Under the pieces are notes generated by a model that made no database searches, was not told the DNA's origin, and worked only from the letters and a program-made list of their open reading frames with translations. A DNA stretch of 64,000 nt from a virus: positions 15,124 through 79,123 of the IMG/VR virus record IMGVR_UViG_3300021964_010186; one strand, 5' to 3'. Both the position numbers and the translations under genes were made by a program. This document shows positions 36,772-48,700 of this stretch, piece by piece (the first letter of the stretch is position 1; the number at the start of each line of letters is the position of its first letter).

Positions 36772-39700
36772 TTCAGGTGCATTTGTGGGCTCTTGTGCTA
36801 TGAATCTAGCCTGTTGAGTCGTAGAAGCCTGTAATCCCTTGCCGTCCGCTGGATTACCATCTGCTCCTGTGTACCAGACCTGTCCTTTCTTGTGTAATAT
36901 TTTTATCTGCGTGCCTGAAGCGGGTGCTGTCGTGTGTAATGTCACAGCAGTCGTGCTTCCGTCCACAGAATAGTTTATGGTTGATCCATCCTCGCTAGTG
37001 AGCAACAATCGTTGGCCACCAATGAATATGTCTAACTCACTAGCGGATGATGGTGTTTGTGATAGTGCGAATGTCAGTGTGCTACCGTCACCTGTGAAGG
37101 TGGTGGTGTACACTGTGTCCGCGTAAGGGATGGTTTGAGTACCAGACGCATCTACCACTTCCGTGCCTGATCCATGCTCCTTAATTCCTGTTCCCAGGGT
37201 TCCACGCCTTAGTTGTCCCAGCGTGTTGCCTGATTTCGTGAAGTATTCTATACGCTCCTTGTCTATGAAGATCACACCCGGGGTGTTACTGGCCACGTTT
37301 GGTGTGCCTAGCACCGTGCCGTCCGCGACCGTTATGGTCTGTGTGCCCTCGGTCATGTCCTTTGTCAATTTTGTTGTTGCAGTCTTGCTGATCCTCTTGT
37401 AGAAGGTCCTGTTCATCATGTCCTTGAATATCCTGAATCCCGTGGCGCCCACCGCGGAGTCAAGTGCGAAGTACATCACATCCAGCCTGTCCGCGGATGT
37501 GATAGTCTTGCCCACTATGGTTATCTTGGTGTCATCTGAAGTGAAGTAAGATCCTTGTGTGATCTGCTCTCCGTTCAACCAAACATACATGTATGTGGCG
37601 TTGAGTGGTTTGAATCTCAAGTAGAACTCACCCGATGGTTGTCCTTCCAGCACTTCCCTTCGCTGTTTCATGCCCAGTGCGTTGTTGAACGTGGTCACTG
37701 ATATCACGTCTGATGATGACAGAGAATACGGTGAAGTGATAGCACTAGGTAACAGTATGATATCCGTGCCTTCATTGTAGTAGTGATTGTCAACCAGTGT
37801 TGATATACATATCACATCTGTTGATGTTGGAACCGCACCAGAAACAAATTCCACGTTCTGATTGCCGATGTCCACCGTGTAGTCCGTGTTTAAATTTTTC
37901 TGCACACCGTTCACGAAGACTTGTACCTGACTTGCCGATGTGATTGTCTTGGCCGGATCCACTGTTGAGTCCTCACCCAGTCCTGACACCACGCCGTACG
38001 TGTACGTGCTTCCGTCACCTAGGTAGTAGGTGTTGTCTGGTCCACGCAACATCCTGCCATTGACTTCCACCATTGTGAGACCCGAGTATGGTCCTATAGA
38101 TCCTGGTGGGTAGGTCAGTGTGTGCCTATTGGTCGAGCCATCATAGGTGATCGCTTGGTTACTGATGCTGGCGTAACTCCTCGTTGATGTAGTCGACTTG
38201 TTGAATCCCGCTACCTGTATGAACTCACCCGCGGCCGGTGCCGATGTGAATGTGACCGTAATGGTGTTGGCAGTCGTGGTGGTTGTGTATGCGGTTGTTG
38301 GTACCCCGTCTATGGTTATGTACATATCACTGGACGTTGAGTCTAGATTGAACTCTCCCCTCGTCGATGTCAAGAATACCGCAGTCGATCCATCCCCTGT
38401 GAAAGTGTCCAGCACCCTGTAGTTCTCACCTGATATCGCAAACACCTTGGTGGATATCACGCTCAGGCTCGCCGGTGCTGACGTAAATGTTATGGTCTTG
38501 TTGGCCACGTCCACCGTGTAGTCGGTCGTCAGTTTCTTGATCACTCCATCCACTGCCACTGTCACTGATCCCAGTGTTCCTGGGTAGTCGCCTATAGAAT
38601 ATGTTGTGGTCAGCCCATCGCCCCTGTAGTTCTTCTCACTTATGAACGGCACTCCCGATTCCGGTGATGTGTATACCTTGATATCTAGTGTGTCGAACAA
38701 CTGTCCAGGTACAACCTCCTCTGGTGCGTAACTGGTGTCTGGTGTGACGAACCCGTCACCCTCTAGCAAGATGTCGCTCGGTGCGTAACCCAGTGCCGAA
38801 GTGAACAGTCCACCCTTGATTATGCTGTCCAATGTCCTGTCATCCGTTGGTGTCAACACGCCGTCGTCATCGAAAGGAATGAATTCCACCAATGCGTTCT
38901 CTTCTGGTGTTTCACTAATGGTAAAAGTCGCTGTGGATCCGTCGCCCCTTATGACGTCTGATAATTTTTTCCTTGTGCTGTCATCCTGTGTCAGGTAGAC
39001 CTGATAAACCTCAGTTGTAGCGGGCGCTGTATCAAAAGTGTATGACGCTGTTGATCCGTCTGCCCTGAACGCCTTGACCCTTGAGTTGCCATAGTTGTCC
39101 CATGGGAAGTCATACCATCCGGACCTGTCCCAACCCTGTTCTTGATTGAACAACAATCCCGTCACCATTGTTCCACCGTAGTCCACGCCCAACATCACTT
39201 GATCCAGTTCGTTGCCCGGCATTCCGGTGCCCGGCGTGTAGAATCCCTTGGTCCTGTCCGCCGCCGTCAGTCCGGTCTCGTTACCGTACACCTTGTACAC
39301 GCTTCCGATGTTGTCATCGAAGTCAGTGGTTGAAGTGAATGCGTTCGTCACCTTGTATAATTGGTCGTTGTATCTGATCAGATCGTTGTAGGCGTAACTG
39401 GTGCTGGCCGCCCAATCCACCACACGTGAAGTGCTTGACACCCTGTCAAACTTGATTGTGGTGTCAAAATCCCTGACGAGATCGTTGTTGAGATTTGCGT
39501 AGGCTTTAGCAGTATCAGTCGGAGTTGATCCATCCGTCTTACCACCTGAGAGTATGACCGTTGGTGTCGCTGTGTAGTTCGCACCTATGCCCGTGACCGT
39601 TATCCTCGTGACCGCACCATCCCTTATGGTCGCCGTGGCCGTGGCCGCGGTTGTCGTTGGTGTTACGTACATCTTGAACGTGCCTGATTTGGTGCCCTGT

Positions 39701-42700
39701 GCTTCGCTGGTGGACGCTGTGGGTCCATAGAACGTGCCCGAGTAACCGTCAAACGTGTATGATTTGGTCGTGCCCGCACCACCGTTCTGGGAGTCATATA
39801 TCTCGGCCTGTTTCTGGCTGGTGAACAGAGGATAGTAGTATCCGAATGATCCCGATGTGGCACCAGATGAACTCGTAGCCTGAATCTGGAATGGTCCTGT
39901 TGATCCCGTCGTGCCTCCCACTATGGTCACTGTTGGTGCCACTTCATAACCTGATCCTCCAGCGGTCACTGTGATGGATTGCACATACTTCTTGTGGTAG
40001 TCGTTCCACATCTGCCATGGGTACTGTGTGAGCTTGTCGGTGTCTAACGAAACGTTCAGTGATCTTATCTTGCCCGTGTCGCTGTCATAGAATGGAGGAT
40101 TGTCAAAGTCCGTGAATATACCGTCCTGTGTGTCAGTGCCTGTGTAACCCAGTTTGTACTCCCTGAGCTTGGTGTGGAAAGGTTTGACTTCGTTGATGTA
40201 GCTCTCTATCCAACTGTCCGTGCCTGTGGTGTATGTCTTACGTTGGTCCAACTGCCTCACCGAGTTCTTGGCGTTTATGAATGACGTCCTGAACATCCAG
40301 TCCACATAGGTCTGTTCTTCGAGTACTTTACGTAATCCTGTGAAGAAAAGTGTGTTGTACTCCACAGCGAGATCATTGATGAAAAGATCGTCCCGTAGTG
40401 CTGTCAATATTTTTCTAGTCTCGATGCTAGGTTCTTGGTCAAAGAAGTTGTCATCAAAGTTGTCCTCTCCCGCGAATCCCGTGGAATCCTGTGAGTAGTC
40501 ATACAGTTTAGTAGATAATCTTATGGTTCCGTTCTCCGTGCCCACGTTCTCCCAACCTGTGGCGGTCCTCATGAACAGTTTCCAGCCGCCCGTGTCGGCA
40601 CTGGTGACCTTGACATGTTTGCCCACCGCTAATTCTAATGTATCTAATTCATACTGGTATGTGACCTGTTTGTCGATTTTTGTGTCTTCATCATGTGCCA
40701 TGTCGCCCGTGGTCTTGTACCAGTCGGTGTAACTCCAGTACGCCGATGTGTTGTAGGTCTGTATTTTTGTCCTTGACCATTCTGTGCCGTCCCACGTGTA
40801 TATGGCCCAGAAGTTATTTGCCGTCTCGTCCGCCTTGACCAGGTACTTCACAGTTCCTGAAAGGTCAGCCGTGTTGATGTAGGTCAATTCAGCATATGTA
40901 TCCACCGAAGAGTCCCACTCTAGGCTCTCTGCGGTTGGCTCTGGATCCTTGGCGTCTAGGTTTGTAAGATTGATCTGTCCGACCAATTGATTCTTCTTCA
41001 GTACCGAGTTGGCATAATCTATGATCTCTTTCAATGCCGAATACCTGTCCACGTACCAGCTCTGCCTAGGCCTTGTGTTGTTGCCGTACTTCTCGTTCAA
41101 TGGTAATTCCACGTCAGGGACCAAATCCCCCGCGGAGTTCTTGCCTATCAGTGAGTCCCACCAACGTGTCTCTATCTGTTGTCCCGGCCTGTACTCCTTG
41201 TCGCCCTCCCTGGCCAGTTTCCAAACGCTGTGTGCATCACCATCGAACGTGTTGGTCCTGATGTCGATGTTGAGGACTATGTCATTGTTGACCAAATCCT
41301 TGACGTTGTTGATCACGAACTTGTTGGTGCCCGTGATGGAGTAATATTTGAAATCGAATCTGGTCGGATTCGCTATGAGGTTCGCCACGTACGAAGCCGA
41401 ATTCTTCCTGTTGACGACACTATCTGTGGGAACCGTTGACTTGTTCCTGACCCAGTAGTAATAGTAGTTGACGAACGCATCCAACCTAGAGCTGTATTTC
41501 TGTACCACTGTGTACTGTGAATTATCGCCGTAAAGTGCGGTTCCGGATATGGTTTGCCCTGTGCCCCTGATCCTATTATTCCATTCGCTCGGTAGCAGTG
41601 TCGATTCCGTCCATTCATAAATGTCTATGCTGGAACCAGGGAAAAATTTTCCCCATGTGTTAGTCCTGTACTCCTGTGTGTCTTGTTCGTACCACAACCA
41701 TTTGACCGTCGATAGATCCCACCAGATCTCGCCCTTGTGGTTCTCCGCCCATGGCGTCTTGCTGTTGGCGTTGGGGCCAAAGTTATAAGTGGCCGGATCC
41801 CATGTGGTCTTGATGTTGATCTCCCTATCGGCCAATCCTAATATCCTACCCTTTATAGGATCGTACAATTCGTAGTAGTCCCTAATCTGTTTGGTCTTGT
41901 TGTTGAATTCAAAGACCTGTCCCAATTTGTCTATGTCCATCAACGGTGTTTCCGTGACCAGGTTCTTCCAAGCGTACTCTCCATTGACTGTTAAGTCGAA
42001 ACAAGCAACCGTACCGTCGTTGCTGATCTTGGAACTGCCGTCGGCTGTGTCTATGTTTCCGTCATCCTGTGGTGATCCCACGAACACTGAATTGTCAATC
42101 ATGCACACACCACGGCCGAAATCATCATTCTCACTCACACTGTTGTTGATCAGTTTGTCATCGATCACGAACTTGGTGTTGTACATAGTGGCCGTGAATG
42201 CCCCACCTGAACCCGTGTTGAGATCAACGAAGTTAGTGTCCTGTAGATCGAACGTGGTCTCACCAGAATCGAACTTCATCTCTCTGCTATTTGCGAAATT
42301 TTCTGACCCTATCACTATCCTTGTTCCTGATTGATTTATGTCCAACGCCGTGCCAAACTTCATGTTGGTTTGTGATTCTGGAGAACTGATCGTCTGTTGT
42401 AATGTGTATGTGTTGGTAGAATCATCCGCGTTCCATTTGTAGTAGTAGACAGCACCTGTGTCTGGATTATCGGTTCCGTCCACTCCCGGTGCTCCTATGA
42501 TCAGTGTTGTGCCGTCTTTGTTCATTGCCAGTGACTCACCGAACGCCGTGTTCAATGATGAACCGTCGCTGGCCACACCTGTTATCGTCTGTGCCAGTGC
42601 GAATGAGTTCTGTGTGCTTCCGTCGTTGCTCTGTGATGTCTTGATGAATATTTCCACCTTGCCCGCGTTGCCTGGCGCCACCGAGCTCACCGCCAGGATG

Positions 42701-45700
42701 TCACCGTTGTCGTTGGCCGCTATCCTGTGACCGAATCTCTGTCCCGAACCACCCGCTGGTGCCTCTATGGTGTAGTCCTGTGTCCAGGTGTCGTACGTTG
42801 ATCCATCTGCTCCTATGCCCCAGGTGTACATGTACACCCTACCGGTGTCATTGCTGTGTCCGGGTGCTGAAACGAACAGGTACTTGTCTGCCGTGGTCCT
42901 CACAGATGATGTGCCTGGCTCTGATATCTTATGCGCCCATCCAAAATTCTGTGATGCGGCATCGACCGGTGGTGTGATCGTGTTGAGTATTCCGTACTTG
43001 AATGTGCTGGAATCCCACAAGTAGATCTTGACAAGTCCTGAATCCGAGAATCTAGTGCTTCCGTCTGACCCCACCGCGTTCGTGTATGGCGCTCCTGCCA
43101 CAACGAAGTTCTCGTCAGTGCTGATCGAAAGTGACTCGCCCAACCTACTGGTGTTGTCGTCGTTGTCGGTCATCGTTGCCGTTAACTGCGTCTGTAGTAG
43201 CGTTCCCGCCGCGGACGATGTCCTGAACAAGAAGTGTACTTCACCTTGACCTTTGCCTGGTGCTGAAACTATCACTGTCCTTCCGTCATTCCTTGCTACT
43301 ATCCTATGACCGAACTCCTGCTCTGTGGTGCTGATGTCTGGGGACAGTACTAATCCTGTGGTGTATGGATCCTGTTTCTCGTACACACGCCACAACCCCG
43401 AACTGTCAGCGTCCGCGAAAACCTTGTCTCCCTCACGCTCTATGTCGTCATCCTTGTCCTGGTACTCCGAGTAACTGATCAGATCGTTGACATTGTCCAT
43501 GGACGCCAACCTTACCGATATGAATTTGTACACGTTGCCATAACTGTCTGCAGTTGATCCGTCCTCCAGCGCAGGTATGAATCCCACGTTGCCGGTGTAG
43601 TCTATTATGACAGTCTTGTGGTCAGGTGTGCTTGATACCCTGTATACGCCGTTCAGTGTTGGTTCCTCGCTGTTGGCTATGGCAAAGTAATCGGCCTGTG
43701 TGCTTGTTGTCCCCGCCGACAAGCCATGTGATCCCGTGAACGTGATCTCTAGTTGTGTGGAACTATCGACCAGTCTAAGGTCTGCTATCTTGACACCTGC
43801 GTTGGTGATCCTGAACACGTCCCAATCCCTGTTGCTCTTGTTTGCCACCCACACTAGGTCATTGGTGGTTATGGCGTTCATGTCTAGATTGAGTATCTCA
43901 TCTATGTTGAATGCAGTGTGTTGTACCTGTTGCAGTTGTGGGTATCCCGCCGTCTTGTATACCTGTGCCGTGTCTCTGTCCACGCCCTGCTTGGTGTAGT
44001 CCAACCTGGCGAAGGTGTTGGCCGCCGTGTACTCAACTGGCTTGTAGTAGAACTTGTTCTTGGCTATGGCCTCTGATCTGGCATACTCCACCGTGCCAGA
44101 GGATGTGTCCAACAGCTCTATGCTCTGCGGGTCGGCGGTTATCTCATCATTGCTTAGAGTTATCTGTATGTTTTCTACGGAATCAGTGTTGCCGAACTTG
44201 CCGGTACGTATCATCCATTCCGGATAGAGATCCAGCGTGATGTCCTCGCCCTCGTACTTGGCTTTTAGGATCCTGTCTATGGCGTTCTGTGTTCCCTTCT
44301 CCCTGATGTAGCCCTGGTAGAACTTGTACTGTGACACGTCATTGACGAAAAGGTTCTCCAGGTAGTCCCTACTCTGGTAACCGATCAACCTCTGTGCCAA
44401 CTGTTGCTGTGATTCATCGAAGTTGTTGGTCTCCAGGTTGTAGAAGTCATTGAACTGTGCGATTTTGTATTCGAAGTTTGGTATCAACTGCGGTGCTGGC
44501 TTGTCTGACTTTAAGATCCAAGTGGTGCTGTCAAAACTCGTGCCGGAGTTATGATTGATTTTGGCCACGTAGAACTTGCCTTGGTACTCCACACTGTCAC
44601 CTATCCTGTAGTCAGTGTTGGCCAACCAGTATGTGACCTGTGCGGCGTCGAACATGAAGCCCGGTGCGTAGTAGTCACCGTTCCATCCGGCCGTCTTCCA
44701 TCCCACCAATTTCAATCTCTGTTGTCTGAATCCAGTGAATGGTTCATATATGATATCCGAGAACACTGTGCTGTTGTCGAATAATAAAACGTGTTCCTTC
44801 TGTACTGTGTTCAAGGCGATGTTGTATAGACCTATGCTGTCTGACTTGATCCCCAGCTCAAACGTCTTACCTATTCTCTTGGTGGAAATTTCTCGTACGT
44901 CTATCTTCCTGCCGCCCGCATCTAGTATGGAGTAATCTCCCGCCAGGTTCCTTAATTTACCCACGATGCTGTTGTTCGTGTCCAGTTCGAAACCGTCCGC
45001 GGCGGGTGATACCGTCACCGCCGATCCTGGTGACCACTCCTGTGTGGTCCAGAAAAGGAATTCCCTCACGGCGTTTGACCAGTTCAGTGTTTCCTTCAGT
45101 TCATTCGAGAACTTGTTGAATCGGAATCCCTGTGATTCCAACCAGTGGCCGTATCCAAACAGGAAGTCGGCAACATCCTGTATGGTGTTAAAAACATATC
45201 CATAAGGTATGGTCTGTACCGTTTCTTGATAGTTGGTGTATTGTTTAATCTGTTGCGATCCCTGTACCGAGACCGACGTGCTGGTGGTGGTCCTGATGGG
45301 ATAGTTGAAATTGAAGTATGGTTTGACCGTGCTGTAACCCAGTACCTTGTATCCACCTAACAGCGTTGATCCGTCTTCGCTTACATCGGTGTTTTTCTCT
45401 ATCAACACTCCAGAATAGTTGAAACTCTCCACGGGATTTGACGTCCTGAACAGTATCTTGTAGTTCTCGTCTGGTATGAATTTGGAACCCGAGGTCGACC
45501 CAGGTGAAACGGAATCCGTCAGCACCTTGATGTTGTCTTTGTCTGTGAATCCGCCCAACTTGTAGGCCAACTGCACGGTGAGATTCTTCATCTTCTTGTA
45601 GTAGAACGTGATGGGATCTAGATTCTTAGACACCAGATAGTTGACCACTAAAGGCTGATAGCCCGCCGTCTGGTATCTCGTGATCGTGCCGGTGGCTAGA

Positions 45701-48700
45701 TCTGTTACAGTCTCTAAATGATACTTGGCGGTGGCCAATGTTTTCCTGATACCAGTCTCTGAATATATCTGATTGCCCGCCGTGTTGGTCGTGAGCCTAG
45801 ATGGATCAAAGAAGTTAGAGAAGAACCTAGCCGGTTTGGTAAGTGCCAGTGCCTTCATCACAGTGAATGGATAAGAGCTAGATCTCCTCCATGCCGTCTC
45901 CGCTGGTGCTTGATCCCCGAACTTCCATGCGTTCTGCCTGCCTGGTATGTCAAAGTTGTCTATCAGTCCGGCCGCTATGGGATCCAGTAGATTGCCCGAA
46001 GCGTCAACCGGTAGGTATGACCTTATGGTTGATTTGCCGTACCTGCCTGGCTCCGTGGCTATCTTGTTCCACAGCACGTCGTTGCCTGACGTGTAAGGTG
46101 CGGTTCCATAGGTGGCGTCCCAATCTGCCGGTTTCTCTGAGTGTCCGAGCATCTCCCATGGTCTTGTGTGTGGGGAGTCCGTGTCGTAGAAATATTTGTA
46201 GATGCCCCTCCAGTGTCCTGGCAAGGTCTGGTTGTTCAACCTGTCAGTGGATCTGGCGTAGTTGTATGTGAATGGTGAGCCTTCAGAGAATGTGGTGTTG
46301 TTGATGTACTGCACGTTGTTTCTTCCCGCCCATAGGTAGAAGTCTGGTCCCATCACATCATTAATTTCCTGTAGAGTGTAATCCGTTGAGGTGAACGCAC
46401 TAGGCATCACATCATGGATGTCCAACAATGTTGAATCGTATGCTGTCTTACAGTTGTTGTAGATCCTCTTTTCTAATTCCAGTATAAGGTCATCGCGCTC
46501 ATCACCATAGGCCTTGATCATTGATCCATCGTGTCTCCTGATCATGGTCTGATTAGTGATGTATGTGTCGTCCGTGAAAGATTCTGGTTTGAACTTAGGA
46601 TATATGCCCAACTTGGTAGGTGAAGGTGGCATGTAACTGCCTGTGGTGTCCGGGTAGTCCTTGATCACTATCTTATCCCCTTCTTCCAATGCCTTTGTTA
46701 TGTTGACGCTGTCATCAGAGGTACTGAAAGTGTAATCTGTGCCTAGAAGCAGTTGAACATTGTTTAAGTAAACGTAGACTGCCCTGTTGCTAGGAGTTGT
46801 AATATCATGCTGTGAATCCAAAGCATATTCCGTCTGTGATGATCCCATCACAGTGTAATTCCTCACAGACACGTTCTCTCCCCATCCCATCATGTCCTCG
46901 TAGAAGAACGGGAAGGTGTTGTTCCTGCCTGGCGTGATGACTGTTATGATCTCGTCCACCCTGTCAGCGGCCACTCCCTCGTAGGCCGTGCCGATGGCGT
47001 GCGTCAAGAAAGCGTTGTACCATTTCTCGTACTCCTGGTTGACGTAGTCTATGGCCGATGCCATGTTGGTCTCTTGATCTATCAGGCCAAACACTGCGGG
47101 CAATAAAGGTGCCTCGTGCTGGTGTATGCTACCACCCTTCAACCTTGCGTCTGGTTTGTCTCGTAAATTACTTTTCCCTGGAATGGCACCTGTCACTTCC
47201 TGGTTCTTGTCAAATATGTCCCTCACGTGGTTCAGTATCTGTCCATATGTGAACGTGCCCAACTGCTGGTTGAGGCTGTTGGTTGCCAGGTTCTCTGGGA
47301 TCTCGTATATACCCTTGTCCACGATCTTGTCAGCACTGCTGTGCGCCGCTATCCTTATTTGGTCATTGACTTTTAGTTCGCTGTTGAATCTGATGTACTT
47401 GTTCTTTGTTCCATTGACCAGCGTGTAGTCAGTCGTGATTGTTTTCCTGGTCCCGTTAACGGACACTGACACTTCTAGGTCAGTCAGTGAGGCAGAATTC
47501 TTGTAAAAGTCTATCGGGAACAACTGTTTCTCCGTGTCGTCAACTATGAAAGTTCTGATCACCCTCTGTCTGCTCTCGTTGGTCCTTTTGATCCAGGCGC
47601 TCCTTGAGTTGTGCGTGGTCCTGCCTGTGGTGTAGTGTAGGTGTCCTTCCGCCAGGTTCTTTGTGAGCGTCTTTGACCCACTCTTGTAGGTAAACGTGCC
47701 CGACGTATGGTCCGATTCAAAAACGATGTCTCCCACGTTGTTGATGGTGTTGTACTTGACCTTTATGCCCAGCACAGTGTCTGTGGTAGCCGTGTCTGAT
47801 GTGGCGTACGAGAACACCTTGGCTCCAGTGAACGATGAGTTTGGATACGTTGTTGTGTCAGCGAATGACACGTGATTGTTGTCCCACATTCCAAACAAAG
47901 GCTGTTGGTTGACGCCGGTCTTCTGTTGTGAGGCCGTCCATGATTCAGTTGTGCCATCGTAGTAGAAGGTCTTGCCCTGGTTCGTTGTGCCGAACTCTAT
48001 GAACACGCTGTCCAGCGCTGTCGGTGTGCCATCGGTGGCCTCGGTCAATGCGATCACCTGTGTGGAATCACCCGCCGTCACGAAGTACACGTCGTATATC
48101 TTGTTCTTGACTATGGGATCCGTGTCAGAGGCGAAGATGACCCTCATGCCGTTCGCCAACGCTAGGCCGTCCACTATGTAACCGGTCTGTCCCACCACGT
48201 TGCTGAACGCGTCCGTGGTAACTGTGTCGTACAGAGTGACCGATCTCTTGGCCACCGTACCGTGGTTGTAAAGTGCCAGTCCCGAGTCGAACTCTATGAT
48301 GGGTCTCTTGGCCCTGTCGTCCTCGTTCAGTGTAGGGGTGTAGCCTCCCACCCTGGCCGTCTCCTCGATCACGGATTTGTGGAACCACCTGTTGTATCTC
48401 GACCAGGCGTTCTGGTCCTGCGAGTCCCTCTTGATTGTTATGTAGTCTTTTGTGTCTGGGGTGTAGTAGGCCTTGGCGTAGGGTCTTGTGTCATATCCCA
48501 CCTGGTCATAGAGTATGGTGGTCTCCGTGGCGTAACTGCCCGGGGTGATCAGATCGTCAACGTCCGTTAACGTTATTGCATCTCCCACGCCCTCCACGAA
48601 GTACTCCTTGCTCTGGTATGTGGATGCCACCAGTGAATTGGTAAATTTTATCTTCATGCCATTGGACAGTGCCAGCGTCCTCAGGCTGTAATTCTTGACC

